Positions 1 to 13,288 of a DNA stretch of 24,000 bases are shown here, piece after piece. The position numbers and the translations under genes are program-made. Source of the DNA: Serratia rhizosphaerae (GTDB lineage Bacteria; Pseudomonadota; Gammaproteobacteria; Enterobacterales; Enterobacteriaceae). The stretch covers positions 1,093,542 to 1,117,541 of the forward strand of contig NZ_CP041764.1 in assembly GCF_009817885.1 (NCBI RefSeq), read 5' to 3'. The notes under the pieces were generated by a model. That model did no database searches, had not been told where the DNA came from, and saw only the letters and a list, made by a program, of their open reading frames with translations. Numbering within the stretch: position 1 is the first letter of the stretch; the number at the start of each line of letters is the position of its first letter.

Positions 1-112
1 AATAACAGAGGTTGCTATTTCCCCCGGCGCCCCATTCAAATTTTTCCATGCTACAGAAAAGAATATAGCCGCCAATCACCTTATCAGCGTTCTTCATGGT
101 CATTTTTTTCAC
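1..112 (-). CDS. Small double-glycine-leader peptide, paralog 2 (5' part only; ORF still open at the left window edge)
   Basis: The reverse strand reads AAGGAtattacaGTGAAAAAAATGACCATGAAG..., giving an SD 7 nt before a GTG at 112. Translation is MKKMTMKNADKVIGG/YILFCSMEKFEWGAGGNSNLCY... with no stop before position 1. The RBS and first six codons are almost identical in nucleotide sequence to the 508..717 gene. It is absent from the ORF track because it is truncated. Confidence 0.5.
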   Translation of the reverse strand, partial: MKKMTMKNADKVIGGYILFCSMEKFEWGAGGNSNLCY

Positions 113-343
113 TGTAATATCCTTATATGATTACATTGATATATCAAATAAGAAAAACACCAACCCTACAGGGATAAAATATATGGATGGCACTTCCCCT
201 ACATCATTAAGTCTAATCACTAATGCTGAAAGAGTAAATTATTGTCAACGCAAACAGAGAATAACGGGATATAGCTGACTATTTAAATGGAATACTCGCG
301 AGATTCAAAAACGTGATGGCATTGAAGACAAATAAAACATCAG

Positions 344-362
344 GGGGTAAAAATAATACCCC
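344..362 (-). terminator. Terminator-like hairpin downstream of the 508..717 peptide gene
   Basis: The reverse strand reads GGGGTA-ttatttt-TACCCC (6-bp stem, 7-nt loop), followed by a T-rich tail (ctgatgttttatttg). Confidence 0.4.
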
Positions 363-473
363 TCCGGTAGAGGGAGGGAATCAGGTCACATCAACAAGGT
401 GAATCGCCAAGCCGATACCAACCCGCTGTGATATTGCTAAGAATGGCGTTATTGAAGTGAACGAAAGCGGCCA

Positions 474-496
474 GGGTGCGGCGGTCCGCCGCACCC
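474..496 (-). terminator. GC-rich hairpin immediately after the stop codon of the 508..717 peptide gene
   Basis: gggtgcggcgg-t-ccgccgcaccc is a near-perfect palindrome (effective stem about 9 bp). It starts 11 nt after the TAA stop. The trailing T-tract is weak (ccgctttcgtt). Confidence 0.4.
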
Positions 497-507
497 GGTA
501 AAACAGA

Positions 508-717
508 TTATTTTGCAGCTGGAGCCGCGGTGGCAGAGCAGTTGCCCATTGGCACATAGAACATGACTTTCGTCGGCTGACCAAACTTATTGGTGCAGTT
601 TCTGACGGCGGTACAAGCTTCAGCGCCGCCTACCGTGGTTTTCTCAAAGGTGGTCGCTGTACAGTTATAGAAACCGCCGATGATGTTGGAAGATTCCATC
701 ATGGTCATCTTTTTCAT
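508..717 (-). CDS. 69-aa small peptide with a putative 15-aa double-glycine leader and a 54-aa four-Cys core (candidate class II microcin/bacteriocin-like precursor)
   Basis: This is the internal ATG of track ORF 508..780, preceded by AAGGAtaacaaaATG. Sequence: MKKMTMMESSNIIGG/FYNCTATTFEKTTVGGAEACTAVRNCTNKFGQPTKVMFYVPMGNCSATAAPAAK. It has no hydrophobic Sec signal. The core is rich in Gly, Ala and Thr. The flanks are AT-rich and two hairpins lie downstream. Confidence 0.6.
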   Translation of the reverse strand: MKKMTMMESSNIIGGFYNCTATTFEKTTVGGAEACTAVRNCTNKFGQPTKVMFYVPMGNCSATAAPAAK

Positions 718-1118
718 TTTGTTATCCTTAATAATGATATTAGTGTGTTTGCATAAGAAAATATCTTGATTTACTTTCAATAATAACCAAGATAAATATG
801 ACTCTCACGCAAATTAATTATATGGATCGATAAAAAAAAGAGTCAATGTCATTCCACTACCGCCGGCCACAAACAGAAACACCCCCAATTAAAAGCAAGA
901 ATAATCTCAAAAGCATACCCTTTTTATATGCACAAAATAAATGATACATAAAGTTATAAAGCGAAAAGCTTATCGTTTATCCGTCCGCCCCTTTATACCG
1001 AACAATAAAAAATCGGCGACAAGCACTGATACGCCCCACCACCACCTTACGCACAGACTCGTCCTCTCTTCTCAGCTAGTCTGACGGGTGATAACAACCT
1101 GTGATTGAGGAGAAAAAC

Positions 1119-2606
1119 ATGAACCATCAGCCTGCCGCCACGGACTTTCGCCAGTTTATCGACTACTTGCGCGCGCATCAGGAACTGCTGGAGATTGACG
1201 TCGCCGTCAGCCCTGAGCTGGAAGCCGGCGCGATTACCCGCAAGGTTTATGAAACCGGAGCCCCGGCGCCGCTGTTTCAGGCGCTGGAGAATAACCCGCA
1301 CGGCTTCAGGATCCTCGGCGCGCCGGCTGGATTAAGCCGCCGCGACGGCCAGCGCTATGCCCGTCTCGCCGCCCACTTCGGCCTGCCGAAAAACGCCACG
1401 CCGCGCGAAATACTGGAGACGATTATCAGCGCCGGCGATCGGACGCCTATTACGCCGGTTCAGGTCAGCAACGCACCCTGCAAGCAGAACGTGCTGCTGG
1501 GCGATGACGTCGATCTGCACCGCTTTCCCATTCCGCTGCTGCACCAGGAAGACGGCGGCCGTTACTTCGCCACTTACGGCTTCCACGTGGTGCAGTCACC
1601 CGACGGCCGCTGGGACAGCTGGTCCGTGGCACGCGCCATGCTGCACGATCGGCGCACGCTGGTCGGCCCGGCGATGGCGCAACAGCATATCGGCATGATC
1701 CATCAAATGTGGCGTGAACAGGGCAAGAATACCCCTTGGGCGATGGTGCTGGGCGCACCGCCGGCGGCGATGGCGGTCGCCGGTATGCCGCTGCCCGCCT
1801 GGGTCAGCGAACCGGGCTATATCGGTGCGCTGACCGGCCAGCCGGTGGAGGTAGTCAAATGTGAAACCAACGATCTGTACGTGCCGGCCTCGGCGGAAAT
1901 CGTGGTGGAAGGCGAGATCAGCGTCGGGCAAACCGCGATGGAAGGCCCGATGGGCGAGTACCACGGCTACGCGTTCGCCGAAGGTAAGCCGCAGCCGCTG
2001 TTCCACGTCAAGGCGGTGAGCTATCGCGATCGCGCCATTTTGCCAATCTGCGTCGCCGGTACGCCGCCGGAAGAAAACCACACGCTGTGGGGCACCATGA
2101 TTTCCGCCGAAGCGCTGAAACACTGCCGCCAGCAGCAACTGCCGATCGATATGGCCTGGTGTTCCTATGAGGCCGCCACCTGCTGGCTGGTGCTGTCGGT
2201 GGATATCGACAAACTGGCGGTGCTGAACACCGACGCCGACAGCCTGGTGCAGCTGATTGCCGAAAAATTTTTCAACTCGCACGTCGCCTGGCTGGTGCCG
2301 AAAATTCTCCTGGTCGGCAACGATATCGATATCACCGATATCAATCAGGTGGTCTGGGCGCTGGCGACCCGCAGCCATCCGAAACGTGATTTCCATGACT
2401 TTAGCGACAGCCCCGGCATTCCCATGGTGCCGTATCTGGACGCCGAGGATAAACAGGCCGGCAGAGGCGGTAAAATGATCATCAACTGTCTGTTCCCGGA
2501 AGCATTCGCCGGGCGACAGCGCGCCACCACCGCCAATTTTGAACACTCCTACCCTGAGACGATCAAACAGCAGGTAAACCGCCGCTGGCGCGATTACGGC
2601 TTTTAA
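1119..2606 (+). CDS. UbiD-family prFMN-dependent decarboxylase, Fdc1 (phenacrylate/ferulate decarboxylase)-like
   Basis: 495 aa from the ATG at 1119, with GAGGAG 6 nt upstream. The track ORF starts at a GTG at 1101. Long stretches resemble Fdc1/UbiD as I recall them: EGPMGEYHGY..., ILLVGNDIDITDINQVVWALATRSHP, RGGKMIINCLFPE, NFEHSYPETIKQQVNRRWRDYGF. Confidence 0.88.
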   Translation: MNHQPAATDFRQFIDYLRAHQELLEIDVAVSPELEAGAITRKVYETGAPAPLFQALENNPHGFRILGAPAGLSRRDGQRYARLAAHFGLPKNATPREILETIISAGDRTPITPVQVSNAPCKQNVLLGDDVDLHRFPIPLLHQEDGGRYFATYGFHVVQSPDGRWDSWSVARAMLHDRRTLVGPAMAQQHIGMIHQMWREQGKNTPWAMVLGAPPAAMAVAGMPLPAWVSEPGYIGALTGQPVEVVKCETNDLYVPASAEIVVEGEISVGQTAMEGPMGEYHGYAFAEGKPQPLFHVKAVSYRDRAILPICVAGTPPEENHTLWGTMISAEALKHCRQQQLPIDMAWCSYEAATCWLVLSVDIDKLAVLNTDADSLVQLIAEKFFNSHVAWLVPKILLVGNDIDITDINQVVWALATRSHPKRDFHDFSDSPGIPMVPYLDAEDKQAGRGGKMIINCLFPEAFAGRQRATTANFEHSYPETIKQQVNRRWRDYGF

Positions 2607-2649
2607 TCCCGCGGTCTATCGCATGTGATATGGCAACAACACCCGTAGC

Positions 2650-3969
2650 CTAAAGGCGGCGCTCGATGTCCTGAGCGCCAACTGAATGCTCCCCCGCCGG
2701 CGCATCGGCGGGGAGAGAATGCGCGCCGTGGCGCGTTCTTTTCGGCATCATATTGTTCATATCAATACCCGATGGCTTCTGATAGATACCCAGCGCGAAA
2801 TAGCGGGCGGTGGCGTACATGTATTCGAAAATTTCCGACTGCGTATCTTCGTACTCGCTCCAAAACACCTTCGAGGTAAAGCAGTACACCTCGATAGGCA
2901 ACCCCTCGGAAGTCGGGCTAAGCTGGCGCACCACCAGGTACATATCATTGCGGATATCGTCACGCGCCTTCAGATACTCAAGCAGATACTTGCGGAACAG
3001 GCCCAGGTTGGTAATGCCGTGGTGGATCAGCTGTTCGTCGGACAGCGTTTCCATCTTTCCGCTGAGGTAGTCGCTCAGCCCGGCGAATTTCACCGGCGAT
3101 ACCGTTTTCAACCGCTCCAGCAGCGCGCTGTCGGCAAAGGTGATGCTGGACTGATCGATAAAGAAACTGCGTTTGATACGCCGACCGCCCGAGGAGAACA
3201 TCGGCTGCCAGTTGGTATAGGTTTCGGTAATAAAGTTCTTGGTCGGCACCCGGGAAACGGTGTTGTCCCAGTTGCGGATGGTGATGGTATGCAGCGCGAT
3301 ATCCGTCACCTCGCCGCTGATATTGTCCTGCGGCATCTCCACCCAGTCTCCCAGCTGAATCACATTGGATGACGACAGCTGGATATTGGCCACCAGCGAA
3401 ATCAACGTATGCTGGAACACAAACATCAGCACCGCGGCAACCGCACCCAGACTGGAGATAATGATCACCGGCGACTTGTTGGACAGCGTGGCGATCACCA
3501 AAATGGTGGCGATCGACGACACGATGATCTTGCCGATCTGCACATAGCCTTTGATCGAGTGGGATTTTTCGCCGTGCTTGCGGATATAGGCGCTGTTGCT
3601 GATATCCAGCAGTTCATTAATCAGCATCGCAGAGTGGATAATGAACAGCACGCCGCAGATCGCCTGAATGGTTTCCAACAGCCCTGACGGCAGCCCCTGC
3701 ACCAGTCGCGACAGGAAATAAACCGTCACCACCGGCACAATATTGGCCAGCCGTCTGGCGACCCGCATATCTTTATCCAGCGGATCGGATTTATGGGTGT
3801 GTAAGATAAAGCGTCTGACAATGCCCAGCAGGAACAGTTTACAGACCACAAAGGAAACGAAGCCGGCGAAGAGCAGAAAAGCGATCGACAACAGGGAAAA
3901 CGTCAGCGGCGTCGCCAGCAGCCAGTTCCAGATAGATAACAGCTCTTGCATGTCAGAGATCTCAATCAA
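2650..3969 (-). CDS. MscS-family mechanosensitive channel, YbdG (MscM)-like
   Basis: 439-aa ORF with N-terminal TM helices. The C-terminal region matches the YbdG pattern recalled from E. coli: IRNWDNT..PT, W....SGGRRIKRS, VRQL.P...GLP.E.Y.FT. The start is uncertain: TTG at 3969 or ATG at 3951. Confidence 0.88.
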   Translation of the reverse strand: MIEISDMQELLSIWNWLLATPLTFSLLSIAFLLFAGFVSFVVCKLFLLGIVRRFILHTHKSDPLDKDMRVARRLANIVPVVTVYFLSRLVQGLPSGLLETIQAICGVLFIIHSAMLINELLDISNSAYIRKHGEKSHSIKGYVQIGKIIVSSIATILVIATLSNKSPVIIISSLGAVAAVLMFVFQHTLISLVANIQLSSSNVIQLGDWVEMPQDNISGEVTDIALHTITIRNWDNTVSRVPTKNFITETYTNWQPMFSSGGRRIKRSFFIDQSSITFADSALLERLKTVSPVKFAGLSDYLSGKMETLSDEQLIHHGITNLGLFRKYLLEYLKARDDIRNDMYLVVRQLSPTSEGLPIEVYCFTSKVFWSEYEDTQSEIFEYMYATARYFALGIYQKPSGIDMNNMMPKRTRHGAHSLPADAPAGEHSVGAQDIERRL

Positions 3970-4122
3970 GGAAAATTCCCTGCCACAAGAATAGCGACTC
4001 TTCGCCGATTTTTTTCACCAAACATGTGATTGAGCGCATGGAACTGCCCGTTTGACGCGATATCTCCCCTCCCAGAAGTTCTGATAAGACGCGCGACCAA
4101 GCGCGCGCCATCCGACATAACG

Positions 4123-5376
4123 TTACACCGCCTCTTTGGCACCACGGCGCAGAGAAAACGGCCCGGCTCCGCTGAGGGTGAACACGGACATCAGCGTAAA
4201 GCCCAGCGTAACCAACCCCAGTACCAGATACGCGCCCTGGAAGCCGATGCTTTCATACATATTGCCGGCAAACACCGACATGAAAATCATCGCCAGCTGC
4301 TTGAAGAAACAGAAGCACACCAGATAGATGGTGGCCGAAAAGCGCACCTCAAACTGGCTGGTGATATATTTGAAACAGCCGACAATCAGGAACGGCACCT
4401 CAAACATATGCAACGTTTTCAGGATCACCACTTCCAGCGCCGAGGTGGCAAACGAGGAGCCGATAATACGCACCGACATAATGGCGCCCGCCAGCAGCAG
4501 CGCATTCTTGCCGCCGATACGGTTGACGATCAGCGGTGCAAAAAACATGATGGTGGCGTTCAGCAACTCGCCCAGCGTGGTGACATAGCCGAACACCCGG
4601 GTACCCTGTTCACCGGAGGCGAAGAAAGAGGTGAAAAAGTTGGCGAACTGCTGGTCAAACACATCGTAGGTGCAGGAGACACCCACCACGTACAGCGAGA
4701 GGAACCACAGCTTCGGCTGTTTGAACAGTTCCAGGGCCAGCTTCAGGCTAAAGGCGCTCTGATTGGCGCCCACGGCGTCCGCCACCACCGCAGAAGAGTG
4801 CGTATCGGTGCGTGAAAAGAACAGCAGCAGCGCCAGAATCACGGCACAGCCGGAACCCAGCCAGAACACAAATTCGTTGTTGATGGTAAACATAATGCCG
4901 ACGATCGAAGCGCACAGCGCCCAGCCCACGCAGCCAAACATGCGCGCACGGCCGAATTCAAAGCTGCTGCGGCGGCTGACTTTTTCAATATAGGCCTCAA
5001 TCGCCGGCGCGCCGGCGTTGTAAATAAAGCCGAGGTAAATCCCGCCGACGATCGAGCCCAGTAAGATATTGAACTGTAATAGCGGCCCGAAGACGTAAAT
5101 AAAGAACGGGGCAAACATCACCAGCATACCGGTGATCACCCACAGCAGATGTTTACGTAGGCCGAGCTTATCGGAGAGCAGCCCGAAAACTGGCTGGAAC
5201 AGCAGGGAAAACAGAGAAATACAGGCAAAAATAACGCCGGTATCCCGTTGGCTGATATGATTAATTTCGTGTAGCCAGATAGGGAAGAATGGGAAATAGG
5301 CTCCCATAATAAAAAAGTAAAAGAAGAAGAAAAAACCGAACATCCAAAAATTAGTATTTTTTAAATAATACATCAT
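4123..5376 (-). CDS. lacY: Lactose permease LacY (MFS)
   Basis: 417 aa, near-colinear with E. coli LacY ([34 protein letters not shown]...). Confidence 0.97.
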   Translation of the reverse strand: MMYYLKNTNFWMFGFFFFFYFFIMGAYFPFFPIWLHEINHISQRDTGVIFACISLFSLLFQPVFGLLSDKLGLRKHLLWVITGMLVMFAPFFIYVFGPLLQFNILLGSIVGGIYLGFIYNAGAPAIEAYIEKVSRRSSFEFGRARMFGCVGWALCASIVGIMFTINNEFVFWLGSGCAVILALLLFFSRTDTHSSAVVADAVGANQSAFSLKLALELFKQPKLWFLSLYVVGVSCTYDVFDQQFANFFTSFFASGEQGTRVFGYVTTLGELLNATIMFFAPLIVNRIGGKNALLLAGAIMSVRIIGSSFATSALEVVILKTLHMFEVPFLIVGCFKYITSQFEVRFSATIYLVCFCFFKQLAMIFMSVFAGNMYESIGFQGAYLVLGLVTLGFTLMSVFTLSGAGPFSLRRGAKEAV

Positions 5377-5398
5377 GGATTTCCTCAGTTAAAAAAAT

Positions 5399-5418
5399 GG
5401 GCAGGCCCAGGCCTGCCC
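5399..5418 (-). promoter_or_regulatory. lacZ-lacY intercistronic stem-loop
   Basis: GGGCAGGCC-ca-GGCCTGCCC is a palindrome sitting between the lacZ stop (5424) and the lacY start (5376). On the transcribed strand it is followed by ATTTTTTTAAC. The equivalent GGGCAGGCC...GCCC hairpin occupies the same place in E. coli, as I recall it. Confidence 0.6.
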
Positions 5419-5423
5419 GCTTA

Positions 5424-8516
<3,093 letters not shown>

Positions 8517-8524
8517 CTATCAAA

Positions 8525-8545
8525 AATTGATATCCGCTCACAATT
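8525..8545. promoter_or_regulatory. lac operator O1
   Basis: The reverse strand reads AATTGTGAGCGGATATCAATT, which matches E. coli O1 AATTGTGAGCGGATAACAATT at 20 of 21 positions. It sits 17 nt upstream of the lacZ ATG. Confidence 0.92.
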
Positions 8546-8552
8546 GATAAAG

Positions 8553-8582
8553 AACATACGGAGACGGGGCAATTTCTGTAAA
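8553..8582 (-). promoter_or_regulatory. lac promoter (-35 TTTACA, 18-nt spacer, -10 TATGTT)
   Basis: The reverse strand reads TTTACA (8582..8577), then 18 nt, then TATGTT (8558..8553). Both hexamers and the spacer length are the same as in E. coli lacP1. Confidence 0.85.
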
Positions 8583-8595
8583 GGAGTAGCTGTTT

Positions 8596-8617
8596 AATGA
8601 GTGAGCCGACTCACATT
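8596..8617. promoter_or_regulatory. CRP (CAP) binding site of the lac promoter
   Basis: The reverse strand reads AATGTGAGTCGGCTCACTCATT, against E. coli AATGTGAGTTAGCTCACTCATT. Both half-sites are intact. The centre lies about 61.5 bp upstream of the inferred transcription start. Confidence 0.88.
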
Positions 8618-8637
8618 AATGGCGCCATTTGGTGAAA

Positions 8638-8658
8638 AAATGTGAGCGCTTCGCCACA
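8638..8658. promoter_or_regulatory. Candidate auxiliary lac operator (O3-like)
   Basis: AAATGTGAGCGcttcgccaca lies between the lacI stop and the CRP site. Its first 11 nt are identical to the O2 half-site and the second half is degenerate. The centre is 113 bp from the O1 centre. Confidence 0.4.
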
Positions 8659-8674
8659 GCGCACGACCGTGCGC

Positions 8675-9751
8675 TTACAGACGTGAAACCTGCCGCGCAA
8701 GCTGCAGCAGCGATTCGGCCAACGCCTGCGGTGAAGAGGCCAGTGCGTTGAACGGCAGGACGGTTTTACGTTTGACCAGCGTGACCGGCAGCAGTTGGTT
8801 GCCGGTGACGGACTCGCCACGGGAGAGTTGCAGCAATCTGTCGACGCTGCTCAGCCCCAGCTGCGGGAAGTCCTGCTTGATGGTGGTCAGCGGCGGAATA
8901 TAGCAGGAGCTGTCTTCAGTATCGTCATAGCCAATCAACGAAATATCAGCCGCGACGCGCAGGCCGAACTCGCTTATCGCGCGCATCGCCCCCAGCGCCA
9001 TCTGATCGTTGGCGACCAGCATCGCCGTGGGCAATGTGCCATCGTTCAGCATCTGCGACGTCTGTTGAAAACCGGACATCGCACTCCAGTCGCCTTCAAT
9101 TTCCGCAACGGGCTGCAGCTGATGCTGCGCCAGATACTTATGCCAGCCCGCCAGCCGCAGCCGCGCCGAGATGGAAGAACGCGGCCCCGCCAGCAGCGCT
9201 ATGCGTTGATGACCGTGCTGCAGCAGATGTTCGACCCCCAGCCGCGCGCCGTCGTCATGAGAGAAAATAATGCTGTTAACGGGGTAGCTATCGGAAACAT
9301 CGAGGAACACCACCGGCACGTTGCCGCAGGCCTTGGCAACGGCGAGCGCATCGTCTTCATCCAGCGGGTAGTTGATAATCAGCCCGTTGACCCGCTGCGT
9401 CAGCAGGTTATGCACCGCCGCCCGGCACGCCTCCACGCCGCTGCGTTCGACCATGCCGATCACTACGCTGGCGCCGGCCTGGTCGGCGCGGGACTTAATG
9501 GCGGCAACGATTTGTGACGGCGCATGCAGCGCCAGGTTGGCGGTGACGACGCCGATCAGCGGCATCTGCTTGCCCGCCAGCTGCTGGGCGACGCGGTTGG
9601 GGATATAATTGAGCGCCGCCATTGCGGCCTCGACTTTCTCACGGGTTTTGGCGGAAACGTGGTTGGCCTGGTTAACCACGCGGGAGACGGTCTGATAAGA
9701 GACGCCCGCATGCGCTGCAACATCGTATAGCGTGACCGGTTTCACATTCAT
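8675..9751 (-). CDS. lacI: Lactose operon repressor LacI
   Basis: 358 aa, colinear with E. coli LacI (KPVTLYDVA..AGVSYQTVSRVVNQA.HVSAKTREKVEAAMA.LNYIPNRVAQQLAGKQ...). The start could be the ATG at 9751 or the GTG at 9745, which is the E. coli-like start. Confidence 0.97.
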   Translation of the reverse strand: MNVKPVTLYDVAAHAGVSYQTVSRVVNQANHVSAKTREKVEAAMAALNYIPNRVAQQLAGKQMPLIGVVTANLALHAPSQIVAAIKSRADQAGASVVIGMVERSGVEACRAAVHNLLTQRVNGLIINYPLDEDDALAVAKACGNVPVVFLDVSDSYPVNSIIFSHDDGARLGVEHLLQHGHQRIALLAGPRSSISARLRLAGWHKYLAQHQLQPVAEIEGDWSAMSGFQQTSQMLNDGTLPTAMLVANDQMALGAMRAISEFGLRVAADISLIGYDDTEDSSCYIPPLTTIKQDFPQLGLSSVDRLLQLSRGESVTGNQLLPVTLVKRKTVLPFNALASSPQALAESLLQLARQVSRL

Positions 9752-9841
9752 CCCCTGATTCCAAAGTTATCCGCGCTATCATGCCACAGCCGGCAAGATT
9801 TTTCGTCACCGGGCAAAGGAGCGCCGCAGGCCCCCGCTGGT

Positions 9842-10402
9842 TTACGGCTCAATACGTACCGGCGTACCGGCCGGCACCCGCGACCACACGTCCTGCATCT
9901 CAGCGTTGGTCACCGCGATACAGCCATCGGTCCAGTCCATACGCTGCAGCAACGGCGCCAGCCATCCCCAGCCGTTGGGCTGTCCGTGGATCATAATATG
10001 GCTGCCAGGCGAATAACCGCCCGCTTTGGCCTGCGCGATATCGTCAGCATCCGGGTAAGAGATATGCAGGCTGAGAAAATACTTGGAGCGGGAGTTGCGC
10101 CAATCGATGGTGTAATCGCCTTCCGGCGTTTTCCGATCGCCCTCGCGCGTTTTCGCCCCGCCGTCTGCTGCCCCCCCTAGTGCAATAGGGTAACTGGCGA
10201 CCACCCGGTTGTCCTTCAGCAGGCTCAACGTGCGCGACGCCTTGCGAATCAGCACCTGGTCAACCTGCTCTGCCGCTGAGCGCGGCGCCGGCGGCGCGCC
10301 GTAGCCAAAGCGCGCCATCAGCCAGTTATAAGCCAGCGGGCAAAGCACCAGCAGCATAAGAAAAACAAGCAGGTAACGCACTGAGCGTTTGAGACGATAC
10401 AT
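9842..10402 (-). CDS. Membrane-anchored YkuD-type L,D-transpeptidase family protein
   Basis: 186 aa with an N-terminal TM anchor (YLLVFLMLLVLCPLAY). The catalytic-type motif is IMIHG...(17 aa)...WTDGCIAV, which is the His...Cys signature of L,D-transpeptidase domains. Confidence 0.85.
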   Translation of the reverse strand: MYRLKRSVRYLLVFLMLLVLCPLAYNWLMARFGYGAPPAPRSAAEQVDQVLIRKASRTLSLLKDNRVVASYPIALGGAADGGAKTREGDRKTPEGDYTIDWRNSRSKYFLSLHISYPDADDIAQAKAGGYSPGSHIMIHGQPNGWGWLAPLLQRMDWTDGCIAVTNAEMQDVWSRVPAGTPVRIEP

Positions 10403-11007
10403 AAATGTGAAATATCCATAAAAATAGGCCGAACAAGGTGCTCAGCCACGGGTTCTTGAGCTAAATTGTTCGCCGCCGGTACTCCGCGACTGTTCTGCGA
10501 AAAATGGATATAGGGTTCCTTCCGTCGCAGGCCTAAGACTATATATCAACTATTCCGCAGCATATTATATGAATCCATCACCAGCGACCAAGAAAAATAA
10601 AATAATCAGGAGCTAAAGCATAGAGTAAACGAATCCCAAAAACGCTGGAAAAACGCCATAAAAACAATCAACACCAAGATTACTACAAAAACTGCAAATC
10701 AGGACCGATAGTGATTATTTAAAATATCAATAAATAAAAAACAATCATGGACAATTGAAATTATTTAATGAATGGCATAATTAGCATCAACATGTTGAGT
10801 TCGTCATTTTTGCTACCGGGCTGTTCCTCAGAACCTTCAGAGAGTGATAATTCGAATTACCCGATTCCTGCAGGAAAAACCGCCATAACAAGGTTGCCAC
10901 TAGCAACGCTCAGACAAGATTAATGAGCTTCTCTAATTAGCCCTAGCAAATTACCCCCTCTAATCAAATAAATCCCTCTGCGTTATGCTCTTCCCACTCC
11001 ACGATGA

Positions 11008-11329
<322 letters not shown>

Positions 11330-11349
11330 TCCCGCCACAGAAGAGGTAG

Positions 11350-12345
<996 letters not shown>

Positions 12346-12351
12346 GGCTTA

Positions 12352-12379
12352 AACCGGCTTGCGGCACACCGCAGGCCGG

Positions 12380-12381
<2 letters not shown>
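12352..12381. terminator. Long hairpin between the convergent AKR and LysR genes (possible bidirectional terminator)
   Basis: AACCGGCtTGCGG-caca-CCGCAgGCCGGTT has a stem of about 13 bp including one G.U pair. Neither strand has a clear U-tract. It overlaps the LysR stop codon. Confidence 0.4.

Positions 12382-13288
<907 letters not shown>

Noticed and set aside
96-278. 60-aa plus-strand ORF between the two double-glycine peptide genes.
   Set aside because: It overlaps the start of peptide 2 in antisense. The sequence is AT-rich and low in complexity, with no RBS and no TM pattern that would suggest an immunity protein.
857-949. 30-codon minus-strand mini-ORF upstream of peptide 1 (MYHLFCAYKKGMLLRLFLLLIGGVSVCGRR). 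It is hydrophobic and was considered as a possible microcin immunity peptide.
   Set aside because: It has no usable RBS at either ATG, it is very short, and it contains only one marginal TM segment. It cannot be supported from sequence alone and is worth checking only if the peptide locus proves real.
1596-2546. Long antisense ORFs inside well-identified genes. Examples are 1596..2546 (-), 4030..4815 (+), 5397..6371 (+), 6537..7745 (+), 7842..8489 (+), 8795..9517 (+), 19067..19960 (+), 20174..21310 (+), 21817..22320 (+) and 22381..22977 (+).
   Set aside because: Their translations are rich in Arg, Ala, Gly and Pro and low in complexity, which is typical of shadow frames opposite GC-rich genes. 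Each lies fully inside a confidently identified gene on the other strand. None has a family resemblance.
9842-10402. A possible functional link between the chromosomal YkuD L,D-transpeptidase and the Tlde1-like effector, which has the same fold and lies 6.4 kb away.
   Set aside because: The two genes lie in different compositional compartments (core versus island). They are separated by unrelated genes and have different architectures: TM-anchored enzyme versus signal-less effector. The co-occurrence is most simply coincidence.
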